63,745 nt of DNA, filler included, from Bigelowiella natans CCMP2755 (GCA_000320545.1; 8 parts of 8 records of this genome joined end to end with filler, not necessarily neighbours in it); one strand, 5' to 3'; counted from the whole stretch's first letter, positions 51,695 through 62,614 are shown. Notes: a model not told the origin generated them from the sequence alone. Translations and numbers: made by a program.

Positions 51695-52655
51695 GTTACA
51701 CAGCGGTAGGATGTGAATGGTGGTTTCAAGAGCAAGGCCCCAAGGACGTGCCAAAGGTCATCATGGTGGGGGGCGGATTGCTCCGGCAAATAGTATTGTG
51801 CAGCATATTTCAGTCTTGGTCTCGTTTCAAGCAGCCCCAATGCATCGCAACACGTCAGCAATTAAAACCATCTTTTGATTTTGAATCATTTGGAAAATCC
51901 CCAGGAGTTTCACACCGACGTCAACATAAAGTGCATTCCGGATGAGGAAAACGATGATGCGAAAAAGATGGTTTGTTCTCACTCTCCTCTCTGTTTTCCT
52001 TTGAATCATAAGTACACACCTCTCTCTCTCACACACACACACACACACAAGCAATTCCTCTTCAACCTGTAACATAGAGAGAATGTGTTTTCCACGGGTA
52101 GAACACTACAGAGACCCATGAGAAGCTATATACAATCCCTGAAGAAATTCTTGACTCATCATCATCGTCATCTCACGCAACTAACCCCTCCCCCTCCCCC
52201 CCCAATACATAGGTTCATGAGTACCCATTGATGTCCAGCGTTTTCTACTTTGGATATCCGGGGAGAGGGCGCGGAAAGAAGACGAGGGACGAAAGTTGCG
52301 AAGAGAGTCATACGAATATCGACAACGACGATGATGACGATCAAGATACTTTGCGTATGTACCCTCATTTGCAATCCCCCACGGTAAATCGATTCTATAG
52401 GAAATATGCTTGCTCATGTAAACTCACCCATGCTTAGACACACGCGTAAAAGCACGGTCACACAGTCATACAATCTCTCAATTACACGCACACACACGTA
52501 TACGACACACACGCACACACACACACACACACACATACTCAATCACTCACACAAATGTACAAATGCAAACCGGAGAGATCTGATTGCCATGTATATTCAA
52601 AGCCTTCCCATCTCGTAACGCAGGTCATATTCGGTCAAGCAGATGAATCCCCCGA
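50579..52655 (+). CDS. Putative 2OG-Fe(II) oxygenase-like protein, multi-exon, 3' end unresolved
   Basis: Spliced segments AVFDS/VLPEALFRRLK, GCEWWFQEQG, EFHTDVN (HxD), HEYPLMSSVFYFG and VIFGQ. Confidence 0.5.
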
Positions 52656-53173
52656 TGTATTACGATAGAAATTGCTCTCCCAGCCTTTTATTCCTACCAA
52701 ACGGAGCTCACAACATGCCTTTCAATGCCCTGTCTTAGACCAACTATCACCATCGGTGTAGTTTGGCGAAATGCTGCATATATGAGAGTCCCACGGTTTC
52801 GAAAGGGTTTTGATGATTTCATGTTCGTATTGAGAATTAGTTGATATGCCTGAGTGTCAGACGCTACATCCTCTTCCATCTGCATGTGTATTGCCTTTTT
52901 TGCTTTACCACCTGCAGCGACTCCTCTCCCCTGCCCTCCCATCAAAAGTCATGGCATGTTTTCCGAGAAGAAATAGGGTATCTTCTATGTTCAGAGAGGG
53001 CTGTGGCAAAGGAGGGGGGGGGGGGGGGGGGGGGGTGAGAAGGTAAACGAACACACACACACACACAATCTTACCAAACAAATAATACTCTATTTTCTTC
53101 AATGTTTCCCCAAAATTTTTCCCCCCCTTTTTTTCTTTTTAAAAAATTGAGGGCCCTTTTTTTCCCCCCCCTT

Positions 53174-53273
53174 NNNNNNNNNNNNNNNNNNNNNNNNNNN
53201 NNNNNNNNNNNNNNNNNTTAATTAATTAANNNNNNNNNNNNNNNNNNNNNNNNNNNNNNNNNNNNNNNNNNNN
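53174..53273. other. Artificial contig linker
   Basis: N44-TTAATTAATTAA-N44. Confidence 0.98.
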
Positions 53274-53314
<41 letters not shown>

Positions 53315-54395
53315 GAAGGAGAAGGAGGAGGAGAAACAGGGAAGGGGGGGGGGGGGGAACTTGGTAGGTTGAAGCAGCAGCAGCATCTGTCGTTGGTGTT
53401 GGAGGTCGCCTCTCTACTATTACCCCTAGGAGAGCAGCGGACAGGGAAAGGAGCGTCTTTCGACTGAGAAGTCTCTAGTAAATAATAATAATTATGTAAA
53501 GGAGGAGGAGGAGGAGGGTAAAGAATAGCACCAGCACGCTCATCCGAGATGCAGCGTTTCTGCACGCGCGCGTGTACAGATGTCACCCATTGTTGACTGG
53601 GCGTCGACAAGGCGAAGAAGATAGTAAATGGTGCTAGCAGCAGCAGCAGCAGCAGAAAAACGGGGGCGATTGAATAAAACTACCGATAACGGATGCTTGC
53701 GTAGTTGCCCTTCAGCACTATCATCACCACCAGCCGCAGCAGGAAGGGGAGGGGAAGGGGAAGGAGAAGCAGTTCTGACACTGGCAGCTGCGACGCTCTC
53801 GTTGTCAGCGTTTGGCCGCAGCCCCGAAAGCGTCGGATCACATATATTCGCAATGGCCCTGAGAGAGGGAGAGGGGGGGGGGGGAGGAGGATGAGAGAGA
53901 GACGAGGACAGAAAGAAGCCTAGAATCGAACCGTAGAAAGCAGTATCAAATGCCATCAACGAGGGACTTGTTTCAAAGGGGAGGACAACGATTATCATCA
54001 TCATCATCATCATCGTCGTCGTCGTCATCATTACAGTACGATCATTTGATGCTGCTGCTGCTGTTGCTGCTGCTGTCGCACCATCCAAGACGAGAAGGCA
54101 AGGATTAGCACTCTTAAACGCCATGTATAAGCATACACCTACCAGCACGCTCGTAATCTTACAGAAACAACCGACTCATGATTCTCCAGCAGCCGCAAGA
54201 TCAGCTGGCCAACCGCCTTTAGAGAACGAGACGAAGGGAGGGAGGGGGGGGGGGGAGGAAGATGGGAGGGTTTCAAGGAAGACTGCGATCTATTTTCCCA
54301 GCGATTTATTTCTCCTTCGGTTGTTCTTTTCTTCCTCACGTGTCTTATTTGTGATGATGATAATGATGATGATGATGATGATGACGACGACGATG

Positions 54396-54426
<31 letters not shown>

Positions 54427-55243
54427 TGGTGATGAAATCTATCAGGCGTTTTCCTCCTACCTTTGCATACATAGAATGAAAGCGCACCGCAGCCGGAATG
54501 TAGGTGTAAACCACCTGTTATCGTCACCATCGTGCACACTCATTTATAAGAGAGTCAGGTGTGACGAGGACAATACACTCTTTACAGAATGGTGAATGCG
54601 CGCACAAGAAGAGGAAAATTTCCCCATCATCCGGCGATCGCTCAATCGCAATCATAGAGCAACGCTCATCAAGGACGCGGTGTGGCGTGCTGCCGTTTGT
54701 CTTGGGTGTTGTTGGTTTGAACGATCGATCTCTCTTAGCATGCGGCGCGGCAAGATGTATATATTTGTGTTGTGATTTATGTATTTTTCATAAATAGCAG
54801 CGAAGGAAAAAATTACCCCGACGAACTTGCACGCTGACGCCCGCACCTATATGAAGACGTCAACACCGTTACTCAGTCATCATCATCCAACACACGCAAC
54901 ACACGCACAGCATCATAATCATCATCATCATCATAACCATCATCATCATCATCCAGGGACTGCTTACAGGCGGAATGGCGCTCCGAAATCCCTTCTCAGC
55001 TATTTCCAGAAGTTGCTTCTGAGCGTCCGTCGAGAGAAGGACCTGAGGGGAAAGAGGGGGGGGGGGGGGGGGTGGAGGTGGATGCACACATCGGACACGA
55101 ATGGCATCATCTAAATCTTAGCGCGATGACTTGTTTACGCACTCCCCTCACCACCACCACCACCACCGCCATCCGCACATCCCAGCAGCGATGTAAGTGC
55201 CACTTCTCAGATACGATCGCTAGGAAGAAGAAGGAGGAGGAGG

Positions 55244-55343
55244 NNNNNNNNNNNNNNNNNNNNNNNNNNNNNNNNNNNNNNNNNNNNTTAATTAATTAAN
55301 NNNNNNNNNNNNNNNNNNNNNNNNNNNNNNNNNNNNNNNNNNN
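55244..55343. other. Artificial contig linker
   Basis: N44-TTAATTAATTAA-N44. Confidence 0.98.
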
Positions 55344-55344
55344 A

Positions 55345-55482
55345 TGGGTTCTCTTAAGGTTCGCCTTTGCAAAATACAACCTTAAAGAGTTTGATAGGAT
55401 TTTAAAACATATAAAAAATAAGACCTGTATTAATTCATTAGAATTGAGTGTTTTATATACAAATGAAATTTTAAACAAATAA
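55345..55482 (+). CDS. C-terminus of a putative virion maturation cysteine protease (5'-partial; absent from the ORF track)
   Basis: Open frame from the contig edge: WVLLRFAFAKYNLKEFDRILKHIKNKTCINSLELSVLYTNEILNK*. It resembles the (CGR)W..lR......L..F helix after the catalytic Cys of virophage/adenain-like proteases; the Cys itself is cut off. Confidence 0.5.
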   Translation, partial: WVLLRFAFAKYNLKEFDRILKHIKNKTCINSLELSVLYTNEILNK

Positions 55483-55500
55483 TAATCTTTCAGATTAAAC

Positions 55501-55549
55501 TAGGTTACATAAATAGAAAAAATTTACATTTTTTCTATTTGTAATCCTA
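55501..55549 (+). terminator. AT-rich intergenic hairpin (Mimivirus/Sputnik-type polyadenylation hairpin candidate)
   Basis: taggttacataaatagaaaaaat-ttac-attttttctatttgtaatccta: ~21-bp stem with small bulges, 18 nt after the upstream stop. Confidence 0.6.
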
Positions 55550-55550
55550 A

Positions 55551-55563
55551 AATAATTATCTAA
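55551..55563 (+). promoter_or_regulatory. Late-promoter-like motif AATAAT(T)ATCTAA
   Basis: TATCTA at 55557-55562, 13 nt before ATG 55576; repeated before the next two genes. Confidence 0.75.
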
Positions 55564-55575
55564 ACTTATATATAT

Positions 55576-57258
55576 ATGAAAAAAAATAATGCTATGATAA
55601 AAGGACACGACGAGAAAAGACGAATCCCCTTCTTTGATAACACACGAAGATTCATCTTACAGAGGGCAAAGCAGTCTATTGATTATAATAAGAAGAAAAT
55701 GAATGAATACATAAATGGTAAATCACTACCCAATATCCTTCCTCCAGATACACCAACAGGAGCATTCAACAGATTACACATCCAATCTCTCCATTCGGCG
55801 ATGCCTATTGATAGCAATAGTGCTTATGCTACTACTAAAAGAGGTTCAGGTAGGTACTACAACAACATTTTCAAAAATATGCTTGAAAATAAGAGGCAGT
55901 TTTTTGCTGAAAGAGATGCTCTTAAACAGGGTTTATCCGTGGTAAAAGAAGATGATGAGAAACCTGCTACTGAAAAGGAAAGCATCTTCAAAGGGGAGAG
56001 TGTTTATGTAAAGATGCTTAACCAAGTCGTTGATTTATTTGAGGAAGGTGATTACAGCGAGATAAAACTAACCTACTTAAGAAATGCTTACTCACAACTC
56101 AAAAAGGAATACAACACGATAAAAAAAGATGATGTTGTTAAATATGCTAAATTTATCGCATCAGTGATAAAGTATCATTTTGAAGGAAACAAAACATTCA
56201 CTCGTAATGTTAAGGGCAAACAACTTAGATTGACTGCTAAGAGTTTTCCTAAATCAAAGTTAATGGTCTTCTTCAAGATATTGAACCTAAGTGTCATTAT
56301 ATTAGGCAATAAAAATAAGTCTGACGAGGAACTGAAAATCGTTATTGAAGGAAGTAGCAAGATGCTAAATGCCCCTAAAACTCCACAGGCAGGAAGAGAC
56401 CTTTTCAATGATTTAAAGAGCAAGTATAATGTAAGCATTCCTACAATAGACTTGACAAATACAATAGAAGCAAGTTTAGGAGCAGAGGTAGATAAATCTA
56501 TTAGAGATAAAGAAATTAATAGTGTTGCTACAGAATTAAGGTCAACTGCTACTACTGGTAGGCAAATAGATAAAAATATTGTAGATAAATACCAACAAGC
56601 AATTGATTCAGCATTTACTGGTAGCAATAACTTAGATGAAGTGAAGACAGGTGAAAGAAAGGATTTATTAGACAATAAGAAATATAAACTTGACAAGATT
56701 CCTAAAAATACTATGATAAAGGTCTTCAACAAGAATGTAAGAGTAGGGGCATTCATCAACAACCTTCGTGCTTCCTTAAAGAAAACCGACACAGAAAGAG
56801 ATACTAAAAATAAAGTAAGTCTTATTCTTAACGATGTTGAAAGTAAAAAAAATAGTGGTAATTTAACTCTAAAATATATGAAGCAAGTTCAAAAGGAGAT
56901 AAATAAGAATTTCAAGGATTTGAACCCTAAAAACAAATTTACTTATGATGGTAAAAGTATTGATAAAAATGATGTTAAAAAGGTGATACAAGCAGAGGTT
57001 GATTCTTTTGGAAAAAGTGAAAGGAAAGAAAGAAATGCGATTGAAAGCAATCTGTTAAAGGTAGAAAAGGCATATAGCGACGATGACTCGGTTTTACCTG
57101 AAGCGAAAACTGCTATAAATCTACTTAAGAAGAAGAAGCAGAATGAAAAGTATAGATTTTTTAACGAGGTATTAACAGCATCACAACTCATCAAAGTATT
57201 ACAAGAATTAGTTGATGACGAAGATGATTTAGATGCTATTCCTGAACCTGATGATTAA
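55576..57258 (+). CDS. 560-aa Lys-rich hypothetical viral protein
   Basis: Long intronless ORF preceded by the TATCTA motif; acidic C-terminal tail; no family recognised. Confidence 0.85.
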   Translation: MKKNNAMIKGHDEKRRIPFFDNTRRFILQRAKQSIDYNKKKMNEYINGKSLPNILPPDTPTGAFNRLHIQSLHSAMPIDSNSAYATTKRGSGRYYNNIFKNMLENKRQFFAERDALKQGLSVVKEDDEKPATEKESIFKGESVYVKMLNQVVDLFEEGDYSEIKLTYLRNAYSQLKKEYNTIKKDDVVKYAKFIASVIKYHFEGNKTFTRNVKGKQLRLTAKSFPKSKLMVFFKILNLSVIILGNKNKSDEELKIVIEGSSKMLNAPKTPQAGRDLFNDLKSKYNVSIPTIDLTNTIEASLGAEVDKSIRDKEINSVATELRSTATTGRQIDKNIVDKYQQAIDSAFTGSNNLDEVKTGERKDLLDNKKYKLDKIPKNTMIKVFNKNVRVGAFINNLRASLKKTDTERDTKNKVSLILNDVESKKNSGNLTLKYMKQVQKEINKNFKDLNPKNKFTYDGKSIDKNDVKKVIQAEVDSFGKSERKERNAIESNLLKVEKAYSDDDSVLPEAKTAINLLKKKKQNEKYRFFNEVLTASQLIKVLQELVDDEDDLDAIPEPDD

Positions 57259-57272
57259 TATTTACTATAAAA

Positions 57273-57284
57273 AATAATATCTAA
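57273..57284 (+). promoter_or_regulatory. Late-promoter-like motif AATAATATCTAA
   Basis: TATCTA at 57278-57283, 17 nt before ATG 57301. Confidence 0.75.
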
Positions 57285-57300
57285 TTTTTAATAATAAACT

Positions 57301-58161
57301 ATGCCTTATTTATTATTAAAAAAACTAAATAGAATTGATGAAAATGAGAATAAGAACCTGAAACCTATAGCGATTGTGAAGAGTGAGAAGAAGGACAAAG
57401 ACCCTTTACACAATGCTTTTTTATACTTAGATATGGATGATAAACCGAATTCAAAGAAGAAGACAAAGATTGAGTTGGATTTCCACCAAAAATTTGAGAT
57501 ACTACCGAACACAAATTCAGACAAGAGGAATATTTTTTTTATCGCTGGTGCTAGTGGTTCAGGTAAAAGTTATATTACCAAACAGATAGTGAATAATTAT
57601 GCGAAATTGTATCCAAAACGAAAAATATTCATAGTCTCTCGTTTAGATGAGGATGAAACATTAGATGGTATCAAAAGTAAAAATATTATAAAATTAGACA
57701 TACCATCTTTAGTAGAGACACCATTTGATGTCAACAATCCATTATTTTATAAAAGTTGTTTTGTGTTGGATGATGTCGATGACCTTCCTGATAAACACCA
57801 ACAAAAAGCAGTCCAGGATATGCTAAATGCTATTGCTATTATGGGTCGCCTCCACAAAAAGAAAAAAGATGAGGAAGGTAAAGAAACAGGACAGGGTGGG
57901 ATAAGTTTATTCTTTTTGACCCACTACATCACTAATTTTAGTAAAACTCGTATCATTTTGAATGAGAGCACACATTATGTGCTATATCCACAAAGTACGG
58001 CAACCAACCAATTATATTATATTTTAAGTAAATACATCGGTTTAGAACGGAAAGACATATTAAATTTGAAGAAGATGGGAAGCAGATGGTGTTGTATTCA
58101 CAAGAACTATCCCCAATACATCGTAGGGCAATATAGTGCGAAAATACTACACACAGATTGA
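57301..58161 (+). CDS. Genome packaging ATPase (FtsK/HerA, A32-like), virophage type
   Basis: Walker A IAGASGSGKS, Walker B CFVLDDVD and arginine finger MGR(L)H. Then FLTH, TRIILNE, YILSKYIGL, KKMGSRWCCIHKNYP and S.LDEDETLD, as in virophage packaging ATPases. Confidence 0.92.
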   Translation: MPYLLLKKLNRIDENENKNLKPIAIVKSEKKDKDPLHNAFLYLDMDDKPNSKKKTKIELDFHQKFEILPNTNSDKRNIFFIAGASGSGKSYITKQIVNNYAKLYPKRKIFIVSRLDEDETLDGIKSKNIIKLDIPSLVETPFDVNNPLFYKSCFVLDDVDDLPDKHQQKAVQDMLNAIAIMGRLHKKKKDEEGKETGQGGISLFFLTHYITNFSKTRIILNESTHYVLYPQSTATNQLYYILSKYIGLERKDILNLKKMGSRWCCIHKNYPQYIVGQYSAKILHTD

Positions 58162-58164
58162 AAA

Positions 58165-58177
58165 AATAATTATCTAA
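58165..58177 (+). promoter_or_regulatory. Late-promoter-like motif AATAATTATCTAA
   Basis: TATCTA at 58171-58176, 14 nt before ATG 58191. Confidence 0.75.
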
Positions 58178-58190
58178 CTCTATTGTATAT

Positions 58191-58508
58191 ATGGATAATA
58201 AAGAACTGGTCTTGGATGTAAAACAACACTCTGAAGAGTTCAAAAAGCGATTGGAGCAGGAGATGCTACACAAAATGGAAGTGGAGGATGCGAAATTAGA
58301 GAACACATATCAATCTTGCTGTATGACCAGCGATAAACGAGCATTAGAGTTCTTCTTAAAGAGCGGAGTCATATTTAGTGTGCTGGTTTTTAGTATGCTA
58401 CAAGTTATTACAATTAATGATTCGTCCGAGCGGAATGCTTTTTTAAATATAGTCATATTGATACTGGGCACATTCTTACCTTCCCCAAAGATTAAGGATA
58501 ATAAATAA
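58191..58508 (+). CDS. Small two-TM viral membrane protein
   Basis: SCC..SD...FF..TM1...TM2-LGTFLPSPK; I recall this pattern from small membrane proteins of virophages/Polinton-like viruses/NCLDVs (not searched). Confidence 0.7.
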   Translation: MDNKELVLDVKQHSEEFKKRLEQEMLHKMEVEDAKLENTYQSCCMTSDKRALEFFLKSGVIFSVLVFSMLQVITINDSSERNAFLNIVILILGTFLPSPKIKDNK

Positions 58509-58542
58509 ATATATTTTCTCCTAATATTGATATTCAACACCT

Positions 58543-58854
58543 TCAACCCACCTCCAGGAGGGTTACTATAGGAATACAGACATTTTTTATATAACACCCT
58601 CTGTGTTTGAGATAAGTGGTTTTTATTTTGAATGTATCAAATACTTCTTTATCGTATTGGATATATTTGACTCCATCTGTGAACTTGAAGAAGAAATAAA
58701 TGGTTTTGCTCGTATCTATATTTTGTATCTTCTCAATATTGATGTAGGTGGTATCGTATTTATCGCTCCTTATTTTTCTTCCTTTCACTTCTACCAGTAT
58801 CTTTTTAAGTTTATCCTCAAAGTCAAACTTAGAATACCTGCTCTTTGCTATCAA
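58543..58854 (-). CDS. PD-(D/E)XK-like nuclease (5'-partial)
   Basis: YSKFDF...ILVEVKGR.....YDTTYI...KI...FFFKFTDGVKYIQY: D...E-x-K core. Confidence 0.6.
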   Translation of the reverse strand: MIAKSRYSKFDFEDKLKKILVEVKGRKIRSDKYDTTYINIEKIQNIDTSKTIYFFFKFTDGVKYIQYDKEVFDTFKIKTTYLKHRGCYIKNVCIPIVTLLEVG

Positions 58855-58954
58855 NNNNNNNNNNNNNNNNNNNNNNNNNNNNNNNNNNNNNNNNNNNNTT
58901 AATTAATTAANNNNNNNNNNNNNNNNNNNNNNNNNNNNNNNNNNNNNNNNNNNN
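58855..58954. other. Artificial contig linker
   Basis: N44-TTAATTAATTAA-N44. Confidence 0.98.
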
Positions 58955-59092
58955 AACAACACACTACAACAATGCGGGATCTCACAGCAATGCCACTATA
59001 TTCCTCGTAGCCCGGGGTAATATCCCTCTGCATAAACGATATCATATATACATATATATATATACCTATATACAACGACATGAACCTCTCAG

Positions 59093-59541
59093 GCTCGAAG
59101 GAGTAAAGGAAGATATGAGAGAATTGCGGCACGTAGTTCACATACATGCACATATAATGTATCATTAAGGCTCTTATTTGGAGAAGATAATATCTCGGGC
59201 ATGCTAGTTTCCAGGCTCCTCAGCATGATCTCCTTGTCAGAGCTTCCCGTGGGGAGAAGGCTGACCGGTCGGTGCAAATAATAATGAAAATTCTTCTAAG
59301 ACTTAGTCGTTGTCCCTTTTCCTCAGATTTATCGGGGTGGGCCAGGAGGAAGTCTAGTAAGGAAGCAGGAGCGAAGGAAGAGAAGGAGGAGGAGGAGGAG
59401 GAGGAGGAGGAGGAGAGGGGATGGGAGGCTCTAGTAGCGACAGTGACGGAAGGTTTGCGCCTACTTATGATCAAGATATCGATGCCCCCCCCTTAGAAGG
59501 CCTGCAGCTTGACACTAAGGTACTGCTCCTGTGTGTATGTA

Positions 59542-59572
<31 letters not shown>

Positions 59573-59853
59573 TCCTGTGTTTGTATCTCTTTGAGAAAGG
59601 AGGGTGAAATTGTTTCTATGTTTTTGATAGAGGGCAAACTTCGGCTTGATTGACGACAGCGAGGGCCATCCCATCGCAGCGTATGAGGGGAAGGCACTGG
59701 TCGGTTGGTTGTCCCCCCAATGCTATTTGCTCTTGTTGTTCCTCCTTTTCGGTGCTCTCCTCGAAAATGCGAACGATTCACCCGAATGATGATTGTGCAA
59801 GTAGCTCTGTACCGCATACAGTAAGCAATGGCATTAGCAATACTGACAATGCG

Positions 59854-59891
<38 letters not shown>

Positions 59892-60271
59892 ACAACCAAC
59901 AGCCAATAGAGTCGAGGGATGAAATGGGCAAGAGGCCAAACGCTCAGCCGTCACCTTCGTACGATACGATACGATGCGATACATGATACGATACATATGA
60001 TACGATATATGATACCGATACGATGCGGTGAAAGAACACGAAAATAAGCAACTTCATCATAAATTAGATCGATGCAACACAGCACATAAGACGAAGAACG
60101 TCCACGCGACAATCGCTCATGCTCATTGCTCTGCATCATTCAAGCCTTTTCTATGATGATGGTGTGTGACGTTGATGTACCTCCTAAGATTCGGCCTAGA
60201 GGAGAGGAAAACTGTCAGCGACGAGATGGATTTTCTCTACTCTCTCCGGATAACAGGGTATATTTGATGCG

Positions 60272-60304
<33 letters not shown>

Positions 60305-60770
60305 CGATAACGATTAAGAAGAGGAGGAGGAGGATGGAAATTTGAAGGAGCGATAGATAGCACACATCGTCACGAACACACACACACACATACAGTGAGC
60401 GCAAAGAGAGGGGGGGCAAAGCGACGGAAGGCCACGGAGGAGGAGAAGGAGGAGGAGGAGAAATAGGGAGAATCCAAGGGTAATTTTGTATCGTATATGT
60501 AGCACATCCTCTTCCCCCCCCTCTTACTCTTCCACCATTTTTCCAAGGAAAAATGGTGATCGATGGTTCACCGTTTCATCATCATCATCATCAACAATAA
60601 CAACAACAACAACAACCGATCTACCATCATCCAACAATTTTCATCCCCAATCGTCGTGCTTATTAACCCCCTCCCTCCCTCGCTTCCTCCTCCCTTCTTG
60701 CTTTATTAATAATAAATACCCGAAAGGTACCTGGACCCTCAGTCGCTAGTTGCTCGAAACGACCCGACGA

Positions 60771-60813
<43 letters not shown>

Positions 60814-61831
60814 TTGTGTGTACCATAATTGACTGGGGTGCTGCAATGTGAATGTCGTAGCGCTCCTGAGGGCGTTTATATCGGTTCGGCCAGCCAAGTC
60901 TTCCAACCAGAAGGAGACGGTAGTATGGAGACGATGGTTATCATCAAGATCATCACCATTTATGAGGATGAGATTACACACACACATACACATACACATA
61001 CGCGCGCGCGCGCATGCTAAAAATAGACAGATGAGAAAGGGGGGGAGAGATCAGGAGAGATCGCATCTCATCTATATATCCACGCCACTACTATAACTGC
61101 TGCTGCTAATTTTCACCACTTACTTCGGCCCACATCTTCATCAACACATCTCACTATCATCATCATCACTATCATCATCATCACCACCACCATCGTCCTT
61201 ACATCTTCACTCTTCTTTCATAACCGAACACTGCTGCTGGGAACACCCTTAGGAAACGATGATTAGCGGCGACGTCTCGATTCGAGTCAACCAATTGCTC
61301 TTCTGCCACAAGTAAGTAGTAGAAGCACGTGTATTTAATAATGATAGAGTATTGGTTAATAATGAGAGTTGTTGTTGTTTGACTATTTGATTAAGTAGTA
61401 CTAGTAACAATGTCATATCGTCATCATCACTATCATCGTAGGTACGTCTTCAGGATTTATATACATCGTGCCACGTAAGCAGCCTCTTTCACAGAAACAC
61501 CAGAGATATTGCCAGCATAAAATGGGGTTGGGGGGGGGGGGGAAGGGGAAGAATTCCTCTTCTATAGCAACAATAACAACAAGAACGATTGCCACGACGC
61601 TGCTGCTGATGATGATGATGATGTTCCTATAGTGATGATGATGATACTCGTACTCAATCATTCCTGCATTGTAAAGGGTTGTTCACAATTGTACAATATG
61701 ATATTCGTAACTACTAAGCAAGTAGACACGTGCAGGACCTCGACAAGTTTAACAACATCTGCTGCATGTCTGTTTTCCATCTGCAGATACCTGGCGCAAA
61801 GGGATACGGGGAACGGCCAGGTGAGAGCGAT

Positions 61832-61875
<44 letters not shown>

Positions 61876-62103
61876 CATAAATATATAAATGAGTTTCGCA
61901 TGTGCCTACCCCTTCTCCTGTCTCCCTCTTTCTCTTTTGCTCTCACGCAACATGGTTTGCTGCTTGCTGGTGCTACCATGTGTCAGGTGTACGTGACAGC
62001 TCAAAATGGCGCAGATGATATCAACAAGGTGCTTGCGTTGGTTTCTGAACAGACAAAACGACAAATAAACAGCACCGCCTCCCATATACATATATATACA
62101 TAT

Positions 62104-62145
<42 letters not shown>

Positions 62146-62346
62146 TTATATATCACCAACTACCCTCGTGCATTTGCTACTTAGTTCATTATTTTTGCTG
62201 TCGCGTTGTTGTGCGCCTCTCTTCATCCCAAGCTCTAACTTCCCCCCCCCCTCCCCTTGTTTTCATGATCCTCTGCACTTCGTTGCATACTCAGGTTTCT
62301 CGGCGATCGTCGAGTGTCTCCTACCTCAAGCCAGATTTCTATCAAG
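59093..62346 (+). CDS. Internal exons of an unidentified multi-exon gene
   Basis: Short AG...GT-bounded segments (LEGVKEDMRELRH; RANFGLIDDSEGHPIA; FGLEERKTVSDEMDFLYSLRIT; YLAQRDTGNGQ/VYVTAQNGADDINK/VSRRSSSVSYLKPDFYQ) separated by microsatellite introns. Confidence 0.4.
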
Positions 62347-62424
<78 letters not shown>

Positions 62425-62614
62425 TTTAGAAATTATAAGCAACAGAACAGCAACGAAATTGCCAAACATCCATTGTCTAAAATGATTTGTTTAAAATGAT
62501 AAATTGGCTACTAGTACTACTACTATTACGACTACTACTGCTACTACTAGCCAAGGAACATTGGAGAATAGTGTGTGATGTGCTGCTAAACTTCCATGCT
62601 GCTGCTGTTATTCT

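Larger units (their letters stand above)
55344..58854. mobile_element. Virophage (Lavidaviridae/Maveriviricetes-like) genome fragment; Polinton-like virus not excluded
   Basis: Entire contig is AT-rich, intronless, microsatellite-free and tightly packed. It carries a virophage-type packaging ATPase, a protease-like tail and a shared promoter motif. Confidence 0.85.

Noticed and set aside
53274-55243. 202-aa minus-strand ORF 53540-54148 as a gene
   Set aside because: Dominated by trinucleotide repeats. I could not establish strand or a consistent exon chain for this contig.
55243-58955. Claim that the virophage is integrated between the neighbouring host sequences
   Set aside because: Both ends are artificial linkers; no TIR, TSD or integrase is visible.
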